From Convolutriloba macropyga (taxonomy: Eukaryota): 60,086 nucleotides of DNA. The stretch spans positions 34,100,001 to 34,160,086 of the forward strand of contig NC_134480.1 of NCBI RefSeq assembly GCF_964194025.1. The letters run 5' to 3'. Made by a program: the position numbers and the translations under genes. Below the pieces are notes generated by a model. It saw only the letters and a list, made by a program, of their open reading frames with translations. It was not told the origin of the DNA and did no database searches. Below, piece by piece: positions 25,010-37,722 of the stretch (its first letter is position 1; every line of letters starts with the position of its first letter).

Positions 25010-28000
25010 CTCAGCTTTTATATTATTTTCAAAAACTTAAAGATGTTCTATTCTAATGACCCCGAAATCCACAGAAGAGAGGTTTGACATATTGCCCTAG
25101 TACGCACGGGTTTGCCACTTACCAGAACAATTTATTTATTTGTCATTTTTCAAGTTAGCGAAATGCATTCTCGAAGTGATAAATGTTCCGAAACGAGAGT
25201 TGAGACAAGTTTGAGTTGAAACGAAGACAGACATTAAATAATGCGGCACTAAAAGTTAAATCTTCAAATGAGTTAGACCACCTTCCAAAGTTAGAATGTT
25301 GAAGAAATCTTCCAAAACACTCATATGATTGCAAAATCCTCCCTTTTTCCTCAGAAGAACCAAACAATGATAAATATAAAATCAGTTAAAAGATATGTAA
25401 CGAAAGATGACGAAACGTGATCAAATTAACGTTAGACGCTGTCGGATAAGAATTTCAAAATTGACAAAAATTTTATAAAAAAACACTGTTGAACATAATA
25501 AATCATGCCATAAAAACCATACATTATTAAAAATCTGCAGCAGAAAAATACAGAAAGTGTATTCTGCTACATTCTCTACAAAATCACAGACTGAGAAGAC
25601 TCTATCATCTTATATTTAGAGCTTGCCCACTTTACTTTAGTCGGTCGCTTAGTTTAGATGCACTATGTGTATACCATTGACTCCGGTGCTACTTATTACC
25701 ACCGTTATAATCGAACTTTACATTCAGTGCTTTCCAGAGTCGGGTAGTCAGAGGGAATTAGGTAAGTCTACTTGGCGCGCAGAAATAAACAACTCAAGCT
25801 CTATATTCCTTAAGCATGTAAAAAGAGCCCAACTAGCGTCTGCTTTAACCCTCAAAATATTGCCCGACAAAAAAAACATTTTTAAGTTAAGCCATAAAAA
25901 CTTTTACATTATGCCATAAAAAACCAAAAAGTAATGTAAATCTCAAAATATTACCAAAAACAAACTTTTACCATAACGAATGTGCAATAATCAGCCATGA
26001 TAAACCATTATAAGGAAATCGGATCTGGACCACGACAGAGCTGCACCTAAAAGCTAAAACTACAATAAATTTGGTATTTATCTAGAAAACATTATTACGT
26101 AGTTGCTGGAGATTTTCGAATTTTCTAGTTGATTAGAGTACCATTATAAAAATCTTTATTTGCAATTTAGGTTTAAGGCTTTTTATACCTTAACTATCAG
26201 TTTCTATAAAAATTATCGGTTCAGAGAAAACTCGTTGAAATTTTGAGTCATCACTAATTAACGCAGATCAATTTATAATTAATCATATTCAGGATTTTGA
26301 CAACCTCACTCAGCAAAATGCCCAACTCCACATACTCACAATTTTTTTTTAATTTACTCAAGTAACAGAAATTCGATATGGAAGTTTTTAAATCTTTTTT
26401 GTTGTCTTCCTTCCCTACTGCTCCTAGGGGAAGTCCTTGTTATAATATTTCCATTACAGCGCTGATACAAGATTTGAATAAGCTGCTTGATCAATACGAC
26501 AGATATTCAGGGAAAACCGGAAACAAAAATTAGAGAACGTTGAATTGACGCACGGACCTCGCGTAGAATAATTTAACCAATAGAATTGTCACAATGGAAA
26601 ATGTCAACAAGTTCAAATTATTTAAGAAACTCAGTGTCCAAAATCATGAGCTCGAAATTAAAATGTGTTTTTTTACTGGATTTGATGACGTTTGACGAAA
26701 AAAAATTTTCAGCAACCCTGTAGGACATATATTGAATTAGGATATACACAGCATATGAGAAACACAGCTAACCAAAATAATCTCATTGCGATGACATTAC
26801 TTTGCGCGAACTTGGCATATGATGAAATGTCAGTCATTATCAAACATCCCAGCTATCAGTAATTCTGGTTTTCAAGCGAAATTTTTTTCTGAAGTTGGAA
26901 AAAAACATCTTTTTTGGAAAAAAACTATTTTTGCTCCAGAAATCAACATTTCCTTGCGACAGAAAAGGTTGGTCAATCTAAATTTTGAGACCTCATTCTT
27001 CGAAACGCTAACTTTTGATAGCTTGAAATTGTAATTTTCTTCTAAAAAACATTCTCTACTTCGGTGTCTGATTTACTGCTACGGTGACTAAATTTCCTGC
27101 TTTGAAAAAGTGACTACAGCTAAACACATCGGGAATCTTAAACCGGGGTTCCATAATATTAAACATAGCCGGCAGGTTGCCGGAAAAAAGCCGCGATAGA
27201 CGCTTGTGGCCTTCCATGAATTGAAACAACATAAGAAATAAGATAGACAGCTCAACCACCAGTCCTTTAATCGACCACTGAACTTTTTGGGTTTGATTCG
27301 GACTGGCAGTTTCATGGCAAAGCAGTAGAAGTCACTGAAATTATTGAAAAATCGAATCCAAGAAGTCTTGTCGTAGGAATCATTGATGGAGATGACGAAT
27401 TAAAAGACATAGGAGGACAATTCCTGAAAAACAGTTCAAAGAATTGTATTGATTTATGACCTCACAATAATCAACTCTGCTTTAAAAGGCAAATGAGAGC
27501 TGTTAGTTATTAGACTAAGCAACAAAACAGCAGCAGAACTACAGAAACAAGCAAGACTAAAAACTCAACTTTTATTTTCTGAATAGACAGGATCGACATC
27601 AAAAATTAACTGCTATGAACTCATATTAGCAACTATATTCTTCTATTTCTCACTGGCAATCTGTCATTAAAATGCGATGAGTCCTCTCACTAATAATATT
27701 AAATAACCAAAAAAGCATACATCACAAAAAAAAACGCTGAATGTTTTGAAAACAATTAGTATGAAAGTCACAGAACGCAACAGTTACTGAAGGATACAAT
27801 AACATCTGATTATTTGAGTCCTTAATGACCACCGTTGAGACATGTCATCATTGAGATTAAGTAATAAGACAGCAATACGTACAACAAATACTAGCAAAAC
27901 TAAAAGTCGCAAAGTTTTTTTAAAAAACGAACATGCGTATAAGTCACAAAAAGAAATTGCTATAGACACAAATTCACACAAAATTATTGAGAAAAAGTAG

Positions 28001-28969
28001 TGTTAAAGTCATGAAAACCACTAGATTTTGACTCGAGTCATTATTTAGGTTCTTTAAGGCATCATTAGCAACCAATTAGACCTGTCATTGACGGTACTAA
28101 GTGATAAGACAACAGATAATTTAAAAAAGGGGCAAAACCTAAAAATCTCTAATATTTTATGACAACAAATAGTGGCAAAGTCATATAGAGTTTTAGCTGC
28201 TTTTTAATGAATTCAAACAAGGGCAAATAGGCACAATTAGAACACATATCTACCGTCTTAAAAGCACTGTTGGAGAGACAACTCTGAAAACAGAAGTCAA
28301 ATTGACTCACATTAAAAAAAGTCCATCTAAAAAACGGCCAAAATGATCACACACCAATTTCTCAGTCCACTTTCAAGGTATTTTGAAAAAAATTCAAGCT
28401 TCAAACTTACAGTATTTTTTGCTCCTTTTACTATTTCAGTGTGACCAAAATCATTACTCTAATTTGACTTCACACTGGCGTGAAAAGTCGAAAAAAACGT
28501 GAACAGATCTTAAAAAAAGACAGCGCACCAATACAATTGAAATTCTTTGAATTGTAAAAAACCACGATGTCCTCAATAATAGCCGCTATCGCTTCGTGGC
28601 TGTTAACAAGATGGGTTAGTCCGCTGTTCGGAACAATGAGATCTTTAGTCAACTGAGTTAAGAAACTACAGGGTGAAGTTTATTTTTTTTACCAAGTTTG
28701 CTTGAATTTAGTCCTCCGTCCTCTCTTCCAATTACTTTTGGTTAGAAAAAAATAAAGATTCGGAGAAAGGCATAATAATGCATTCCTTGCCTTAATCTAC
28801 ATGTTTAGAGTTGTTAGACAAGAGCGTTAGAAAAATTGCCCAATTGAATTAAACTCAAAAAATAAACATGCTTAAAAGCTGAAGTATAGGCTTCTGCATC
28901 TGCTTGAAGTCGCTGAAAACTTCAGCAGTTTATTAAGAACCGTTCGAGAAATTAAGCACGGGTTTTGAT

Positions 28970-29165
28970 TTAAGACCCTCGCGTGCTCATTTTAAAATGG
29001 CGAAAGTCTGCAGTGCCAGAAGTCAACATGCCAGAAGTTGCTACTTAGCCAGAAGTTGAATTTCGTTGCCTTTTGTCATTTTAAAACGTGCGCGTTTGGT
29101 GTTTTAAGCATGGTTAAGTGACTCTGCAGAAGTCACTCCGAAATTCTGACTTAACATCTGGAACC
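28970..29165 (+). repeat. Diverged dispersed repeat, related copy at ~16725-16915
   Basis: Shared collinear words ACCCTC.CGTG..CATTTTAAAA..AAGTCTGCAGTGC..GTTGCTA.TTAGCC..AAGCATGGTTA..GACTCT..AGTCACT..ATTCTGACTT. Confidence 0.65.
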
Positions 29166-29235
29166 TTTTCGTGGTTCTCGATAAACGCCAGAAGTTCTCA
29201 GTGACAATGTTATGGCACACTCCCGGGTCGAGACC

Positions 29236-29382
29236 GAATGGTTATCTTGTAAGAACTTGCAAGTTTCTTGCAAAAAATGGTTAACTTGTAAGAACTTGCA
29301 AGTCGAATGGTTAACTTGTAAGAACTTGCAAGTCGAATGATTAACTTGTAAGAACTTGCAAGTCGAATGGTTAACTTGTAAG
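29236..29382. repeat. 30-bp minisatellite, ~4.5 copies
   Basis: Unit GAATGGTTAACTTGTAAGAACTTGCAAGTC. Confidence 0.92.
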
Positions 29383-29723
29383 TTTCAGTCCAAACTGAAA
29401 AACACACTGAAAACCAAATTTATGATTAATTTCATATTGGATTCTTGGCAGTTATATCAAAATTTCTTGAATTAATGTTCATCTGACGAAAAAATACTCC
29501 TCTTAACCTGTACTAGAGACAAAAATTCCAACACATTTTCACTGTGCAAAATTTCTGACTATAATGTTTTTTGTGAAGTTGGCAAGAACACTCAGTCAAC
29601 AGTAAAAGCTTTTGCGCATCGTTAAATCGATCAAAAAAAATTATTGTGGTTTTCGGCCATTTTGTGAGAAAACTCTTAAAAATTAACACTTGATTTTTTT
29701 CTCTGTACTTTCGACGTTTTAAT

Positions 29724-32700
29724 TTTATGGTTGATATGTTTAATTCTCAATCAGTGATATACCTCTCCCAAGGCTAAAATTATTCTGATGGTGTTGAGTT
29801 TAGCGTTATTTTTATCTGGGGGTCCCAATTTTCCTGTAACTTCGAATTTAGCAGAAAAAAAAGAGAAAAATTGGTAGTCGTTTTATTTTTACCGATGAAG
29901 TGATTCAGAAATGCACAGCTGGATTTCTGCTACCAATAGCAAATTGGCTGTTCCTGACAAACAGAATTACAGCGCATGATGGGTTCTCTTTGTAGAAAGA
30001 AAGAAGTGCAATGAAAAGCATTCGAATAATAAAACTTGATTCTTTTTCTCTTTACGTTTAATGTTAGCTTTTTTAAAACTTTCTTGCTGACCTTGTCTAC
30101 CAAGAACTAAAAGTACACACATTGTCTAACTGATTATTCATATAAAAACATAAACTAATAAGAGCGTGAGGGTCCTGCTTTGCCTATGATAAGTTGCTGC
30201 TTAGCCGAAAGGGAACAAAAGTAATTTTTCGCAAACTTTGTGTCGTGCAACGTTTTTTTATGATCCGGGCCAAAACCAATTCCATAATGCGGCTCTATAT
30301 CAATGCTCTAGGCACGAAACAAAAGCAAGCTAGAGGAATTTGCCAAAAACAACAAATAATCTGATTATTTCATTGTAAGATGTAAAATTTGTTCATATTT
30401 CCTATTTTTTCTCAAATTTAATTTCCTATAACATTTTGATAAGTATTTTTAATACAAACTTTGATGGTAGAGCAGAAAAACAAGTACTCAAAAAAGCAAA
30501 ATCTTCAACACGAAAAAAGGGATGGGGTTCTCTGCGGTTCTCAAAACAGACGAAAACTTCCATGAAGCTCCAAAAAAAGTACGTTTTTCCACTGAGAAAG
30601 CCTAAAAAAACTGTTTTAACAATCATCTTTCGGCTTTTGTGATAAAAAACTCTCTGTCTTGCAGATAAGGAATAGATTTTGTGAAGTTTGTTGCGTTATT
30701 TTGAAGAAATCTGACTCTGCTTGACCTCGAGCAGATGGAAACATTCCAAAAAAATATTGACTGTTCAAAGACTCCGACTAAAAAAAATTTTTGTTGAAAG
30801 AGTTGGGAAAAGTATAGTGGTCCTTTCTAACAATTACTCGATTGTAAAAAAAATGATACTATATTTGTTGCTCTTCTCGGCCGGTTTGCGGAAATTTTTT
30901 TTGCTTTCCTCTCCGGAATATCTTATTCGATTGATTTTTGTCAAAAGGGTCAAGGTTGGACTTTGCATATTTTATCATAGTAAGGTTCTAATGCAGTAGA
31001 TGCAAAAATGAATTTTTTGGGAAAAAAAGAGTCATTAAAATGAAATTCGTCTCTTGGTGGCTGAGATATAACCTTTTTCGTTAACCGCACAACAGTCAGC
31101 AGGTTACTATCCTAGAAAGAATTTGTGTTTTTGTTTTATCTTTTTGGTTGATATGTTTAATTCTCAATCAGTGATATACCTCTCCCAAGCCTAAAATTAT
31201 TTTGATGGTGTTGAGTTTTGCGTTATTTTTATCTGGGGGTCCCAATTTTCCTGTAACTTCGATTTTAGCAGAAAAAAAAGAAAAATTGGTAGTCGTTTTA
31301 TTTTTGCCGATGAAATGTTTCAGAATTGCACAACTGGGTTTCTGCTACCAATAGCAAATTGGCTGTTCCTGACAAACAGAATTACAGCGCATGATGGGTT
31401 CTCTTTGTAGAAAAAAAGAAGTGCAATGAAAAGCATTCAAATAATAAAACTTGATTCTTTATCTCTTTACGTTTAATGTTAACTTTTTTAAAACTTTCTT
31501 GCTGACCTTGTCTACCAAGAACTTAAAAGTACACACATTGTCTAACTGGTTATTCATATAGAAACATAATTTAACAAGAGCGTGAGGGTCCTGCTTTGCC
31601 TATGATAAGTTGCTGCTTAGCCGAAAGGGAACAAAAGTATTTTTTCGCAAACTTTGTGTCATGCAACGTTTTTTTATGATCCGGGCCTAAACCAATTCTA
31701 TAATGCGGGTTTGTACCAAAGCTCTAGGCACGAAACAATATCAAGCTAGGGGAATTTGCCAAAAACATCAAATAATCTGATTATTTCATTGTAAGATGTA
31801 CAATTTGTTCATATTTCCTATTTTTTCTCAAATTTAATTTCCTATAACATTTTGATAAGTATTTTTAATACAAACTTTGATGGTAGAGCAGAAAAACAAG
31901 TACTCAAAAAAGCAAAATCTTCAACACGAAAAAAGGGATGGGGTTCTCTGCGGTTCTCAAAACAGACGAAAACTTCCATGAAACTCCAAAAAAAATACGT
32001 TTTTCCACTGAGAAAGCCTAAAAAAACTGTTTTAACAATTATCTTTCGGCTTTTGTGATAAAAAAACTCTCTGTCTTGCAGATAAGGAATAGATTTTGTG
32101 AAGTTTGTTGCGTTATTTTGAAGAAATCTGACTCTGCTTGACCTCGAGCAGATGGAAACATTCCAAAAAAATATTGACTGTTCAAAGACTCCGACTAAAA
32201 AAAATTTTTGTTGAAAGAGTTGGGAAAAGTATAGTGGTCCTTTCTAACAATTACTCGATTGTAAAAAAAATGATACTATATTTGTTGCTCTTCTCGGCCG
32301 GTTTGCGGAAATTTTTTTTGCTTTCCTCTCCGGAATATCTTATTCGATTGATTTTTGTCAAAAGGGTCAAGGTTGGACTTTGCATATTTTATCATAGTAA
32401 GGTTCTAATGCAGTAGATGCAAAAATGAATTTTTTGGGAAATAAAGAGTCATTAAAATGAAATTCGTCTCTTGGTGGCTGAGATATAACCTTTTTCGTTA
32501 ACCGCACAACAGTCAGCAGGTTACTATCCTAGAAAGAATTTGTGTTTTTGTTTTATCTTTTTGGTTGATATGTTTAATTCTCAATCAGTGATATACCTCT
32601 CCCAAGCCTAAAATTATTTTGATGGTGTTGAGTTTTGCGTTATTTTTATCTGGGGGTCCCAATTTTCCTGTAACTTCGATTTTAGCAGAAAAAAAAGGAA

Positions 32701-35355
32701 AATTGGTAGTCGTTTTATTTTTGCCGATGAAATGTTTCAGAATTGCACAACTGGGTTTCTGCTACCAATAGCAAATTGGCTGTTCCTGACAAACAGAATT
32801 ACAGCGCATGATGGGTTCTCTTTGTAGAAAAAAAGAAGTGCAATGAAAAGCATTCAAATAATAAAACTTGATTCTTTATCTCTTTACGTTTAATGTTAAC
32901 TTTTTTAAAACTTTCTTGCTGACCTTGTCTACCAAGAACCTAAAAGTACACACATTGTCTAACTGGTTATTCATATAGAAACATAATTTAACAAGAGCGT
33001 GAGGGTCCTGCTTTGCCTATGATAAGTTGCTGCTTAGCCGAAAGGGAACAAAAGTATTTTTTCGCAAACTTTGTGTCATGCAACGTTTTTTTATGATCCG
33101 GGCCTAAACCAATTCTATAATGCGGGTTTGTACCAAAGCTCTAGGCACGAAACAATATCAAGCTAGGGGAATTTGCCAAAAACATCAAATAATCTGATTA
33201 TTTCATTGTAAGATGTACAATTTGTTCATATTTCCTATTTTTTCTCAAATTCAATTTCCTATAACATTTTGATAAGTAATTTTAATACAAACTTTGATGG
33301 CAGAGCAGAAAAACAAGTACTCAAAAAAAGCAAAACCTTCAACACGAAAAAAGGGATGGGGTTCTCTGCGGTTATCCAAACAGAGGGAAATTTCCATGAA
33401 ACTCCAAAACAAGTACGTTTTTCCACTGAGAAAGCCTAAAAAAACTGTTTTAACAATCATCTTTCGTTTTTTGTGATAAAAAACTCTCTGTCTTGCAGAT
33501 TAGGAATAGATTTTGTGAAGTTTGTTGCGTTATTTTGAAGAAACCTGACTCTGCTTGACCTCGAGCAGATGGAAACATTCCAAAAAAACTTTTGACTGTT
33601 CAAAGACTCCGACTAAAAAATTTTTTGTTGAAAGAGTCGGGAAAAGTATATTGGACATTTCTAACAATTACTCGAATGTAAAAAAATTGATATTATATTT
33701 GTTGCTCTTCTCGGCCGGTTTGCGGAAATTTTTTCTGCTTTCCTCTCCGGAATATCTTTTTCGATTGATTTTTGTCAAAAGGGTCAAGGTTGGTCTTTGC
33801 ATATCTTTATCATAGTAAAGTTCTAATGCAGTAAAAGCAAAAATGAATTTTTTGGGAAATAAAGAGTCATTAAAATGAAATTCGTCTCTTGGTGGCTGAG
33901 ATCGTTAACCTTTTTCGTTAACCGCACAACAGTCAGCAGGTTACTATCCTAGAAAGAATTTTTGTTTTTGTTTTATCTTTATGGTTGATATGTTTAATTC
34001 TCAAACAGTGATATACCTCTCCCAAGGCTAAAATTATTCTGATGGTGTTGAGTTTAGCTTTACTTTTATCTGGGGGTCCCAATTTTCCTGTAACTTCGAA
34101 TTTAGCAGAAAAAAAAGAAAAATTGGTTGTCGTTTTATTTTTGCCGATGAAATGCTTCAGAATTGCACAAGTTGATTTCTGCTACCAATAGCAAATTGGC
34201 TGTTCCTGACAAACAGAATTAGAGCGCACGATGGGTTCTCTTTGTAGAAAAAAAGAAGTGCAATGAAAAGCATTCAAATAATAAAACTTGATTCTTTTTC
34301 TCTTTACGTTTAATGTTAACTTTTTTAAAACTTTCTTGCTGACCTTGTCTACCAAGAACTTAAAAGTACACACATTGTGTAACTGATTATTCATATAGAA
34401 ACATAAATTAACAAGAGCGTGAGGGTCCTGCTTTGCCTATGATAAGTTGCTGCTTAGCCGAAAGGGAAGAAAAGTATTTTTTCGCAAACTTTGTGTCGTG
34501 CAACGTTTTTTTATGATCCGGGCCGAGTCCAAATTCATAATGTGGCTCTTAATCACTCTTATAGGCACGAAACAATTACAAGTTGAAAAAAAGTGCCAAA
34601 AAACATCAAATGATTCGAATATTTTACTGTAAGATGTCCAATTTGTTCTTGTTTTTCATTTTTTCTCAATTTCAGTTGCCTATAAAAATTTGGTCTTTTG
34701 GTTTCATACAAACATTAATAGTGTTTAAGAAAGCTCACTTAGCGGAGAATACGGAACATTGTAGAAAAAAGGTAGATTTTATGAAATTACCAAAAAAAAA
34801 TTAGCAAAACCTCGACAAAACACCAAAAAAACTACGCTCTTTCAAGGAAAAAACCTAAAAAAAACCACTTTAGTAGTCAGTTGCAAGTTTTTTGTAATCA
34901 AAAGATAGCTCAATTTCTTGGCGTTCCGAATTTATACTTTTTTTGTATAGTGTTAATATGTTATTCTGAAGAAAAATGACTCTGCGTAAACTGTACCAGA
35001 GGCCAAAAATCAAAAAAATTATGACTGTTCAAAGTTTGCGGCGTTAATAACTTTTTTTGTTGTGAGAGTTGAGGAAAGTATAATGGTTCATTTTAAAGGT
35101 TATTTATCGGTGGTTACTTTGATACAAAAGTTGTTGTCGTTCTCGGCCATCTTGGGGGGGAAATTTTGCTTTTGTCTTGGAGTGCTCTGATTTGGACGAT
35201 TTTGGTGGAAATGGTCAAAAATCGACCTTGCAAATCTTCGAGATAGTTTGGGTTTTTGGGCTAGAGGTGAAAGCCGAGCTTGCGGGGAGTTCAGAACACC
35301 AAAAATTACTGAAATCGGTTCAGTGGTTGCCGAGATATTACCCTTTTTGTTCGTC
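29724..35355. repeat. ~1417-bp tandem repeat: three near-identical units and a fourth that diverges in its second half
   Basis: GGTTGATATGTTTAATTCTCAA.CAGTGATATACCTCTCCC recurs at ~29729, ~31146, ~32562 and ~33983, and identical short ORFs recur with the same period. Confidence 0.93.
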
Positions 35356-35832
35356 GTACTGGCCAACCCAGTACCCGCCCAGTATCTTCGGTATCCCCCC
35401 AACACCTCCCCCCACCCCCTCCTGCCCTTTTTTTATCATTTACGTATATTGAAATATATTGGGGGCATCGAGGGCTTTCGGAAATTGTTGTTTTCAAAAT
35501 CTAATCATTTATTAACCACTCGCATTATTACACTCAGAGGACAATGTGAAAATTTCGTACTGGTTGCCGCACGGTTCACCTGACATGCTCAGCTATGGAC
35601 AGCGTCGTCACGTGATCCTGACAGAGGACAGCCCAGCTGCCGCACACCTTCCGGAAGGTGTTACAAGGCGAGCATGTTATCAATTAGATATAGAATTATT
35701 TAGAATTGTTAGTATGGGTAATTTACGGTCCGGCAATTGGAAATTGATACATTCAGTGAACGATCGCCTCGATTCGTCGTGATCAAAACGAACGCCCCGC
35801 CGTCGCCATCGAAACGAACGTGGCCCCGCCAT

Positions 35833-35977
35833 CGGGGAAGCAACAGCCCACCACCCCCGGGGAAGCAACAGTCGGGGAAGCAACAGCCCACCACCCCCGG
35901 GGACGTTGATTTTGTACTTTATATATATCAACAATGGTATTTTCAGATTAGTCAACAGTGGTATTTTCAGATTAGTC
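35833..35977. repeat. Short GC-rich direct repeats plus a 24-bp duplication
   Basis: CGGGGAAGCAACAG(CCCACCACCCC) x3 and CAACA.TGGTATTTTCAGATTAGT x2. Confidence 0.8.
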
Positions 35978-36279
35978 CTGTTTTGAACTATCTGTGTAAC
36001 TTGAAACAACAACCAAAAAAACAGCAAAGAGACAATGATGAGCCAAGCAACGAGCCAAATTGAAAACGACAACAATAAGGAGATGTGAGTTTTATTGTGT
36101 GTTTCTCATTTAAAAACGGAAAAAGGAACTAAATGCATGCTCAAGGTTTTGATTGCTCTCGAAGAGAAGCAATTATTAATTGCTCTCAAACGAAGTTTGT
36201 AGCAATTATATTAGTCCTGTGGTCTTTTTTAATGCAGCTGTTGTTGCAATATAGGGTACAAGACGATATTGGCTTTAAG

Positions 36280-36770
36280 GGGTCTTTCCCATTATAGCCC
36301 CCCATGAAATTATAGCCGCCAACTTTCACATAATGATTTACTATGTAATGAGACAAGCTCTAACTGGGGGCGCATAACGTACTTGGGGGGGGGGGCACAA
36401 ACGGAAAAGATCTGTTCTCTCTCCCCACTTTGTTTTTATGCTGCCCAATTAATGGGTAGCATAATTATACTATTAGTATGTCATAATGGGGGACTAAATT
36501 TTTGTTGGGAGCTATTATGCGAAAGACTTCTATTTGTAAATTAAAATTTGGCCTCTGAAACTTTGACTAGCATTTCAACTTTATGCTACGGACTATAATG
36601 ACTGCTTTGAAATTCTTTGACCCAATTTAAACGGGTTTTATCCAGAGCACTACATATCTCTTTGACCCGGATCTATAATGTTTCTCCCCTCCCCCACCCC
36701 CCAGCTTAGTACGTGCTAAGTCAATTTTTTATGACCCCCAGGCGCACGTACTATTTTCTTACATAGTAAC
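36280..36770. mobile_element. Cluster of MITE fragments, including pieces of the 24715-25009 family
   Basis: GGCGCATAACGTACT..GGGCACAAACGGAAAAGATC at ~36368-36412; CCCAGCTTAGT..CCCCAGGCGCACGT at ~36700-36750; separate diverged inverted pair GTCTTTCCCATTATAGC (~36282) / GCTATTATGCGAAAGAC (~36511). Confidence 0.6.
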
Positions 36771-36831
36771 GTTCTGTCTAACTGTCTAACATATAATTTG
36801 TGACGCGCATTTTCATTTATAGCCAGGTCTA

Positions 36832-37672
36832 GACCTCGACTCATGAAAAGACAATGCTCGACCAAAATGTGCTATGAAAAGACCATACTGGACTCATTTG
36901 AGCTATGAAAAGACTTTAGCTGGACTTAAAGGCATTCTGGACTTTAGCTCAACTCAGATTTTTCGCCAAAGACTTTAGCTAGACCCAAAGTTTTAAAAAA
37001 GACTTTGGCTCGACCAAAGTTTGTACTGGACACAATGTTTGCAAACAAGTTGAGTTAAAGTCTTTTCATGGGTCCATCATTAGTCTTTTCATAAATCTGC
37101 TTTTCTGCCATTAACGTTTAACGTGCAATATTACATATAACGTAGTCAGCATATATGATCCTGTACTTCTTACGATTCAAAAGAACCACAAATACCTCAA
37201 AATTCTGCATTATTTTTTTCAAAAAGATAAAATATACTGCATATAATTTTGGGAAGGAAAACAAACTGAATACCGCCGATATTTTTTCATGGCTAATGAG
37301 ACTATGACCAATACTCTTAAGCTAGCTGGTTTCATTGAATCAAGTAATGTGTTAATATACTTGATCTGAAATAACTCTTTATCTTAAGATTTGACAAAAT
37401 TCTTAAGGTTTTTGGCAGATTTCCAACTGATTCTTAAGTTGAACTGCTCTGGTGCAAAACTATTTAGTCTTGCTCCTGTTCTGCTTCTGTATGTACAGAA
37501 GCAGGAAAAAATTTAAAAATTCGAAATTTGAAAAAAAACACTTATGATAAGACTAATGGTGGACCCATGAAAAGACCTTAACTCGATTTTGCTGGTTATT
37601 AAAAGACTAATGCTGGACCCATGAAAGGACCTTAGCTGGACTTTCTTCGTTATGAAAAGACTTTAGCTAAGA
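36832..37672. repeat. Array of AAAGAC...GCT(G/C)GAC motifs with a ~45-bp inverted pair; possible left subterminal region of the large transposon
   Basis: (ATG)AAAAGACTTTAGCTGGAC-like words repeat at 36832-37035 and 37542-37672; 37049-37093 is the reverse complement of 37542-37586. Confidence 0.7.
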
Positions 37673-37722
37673 TGAAGGAGCATAAATGCTGACTACGTTA
37701 TATGCAATATTATTTTTTCCAG

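Noticed and set aside
25150-28660. Possible minus-strand host exons (~25200-25370, ~27310-27424, ~27790-27850, ~28565-28650)
   Set aside because: Some splice-like signals are present, but I could not build a consistent reading frame or recognise a protein.
29236-29382. 30-bp repeats as a possible CRISPR array (also the 17.1-18.1 kb motifs)
   Set aside because: No unique spacers, no cas genes, eukaryotic context.
30426-34804. Recurrent 60-92-aa ORFs in the 1.42-kb satellite
   Set aside because: They recur only because the DNA is repeated; non-ATG starts, no motifs, broken in some units.
35546-36075. GC-richer segment with several ORFs
   Set aside because: The ORFs are driven by short repeats; no recognisable protein or RNA-gene motif.
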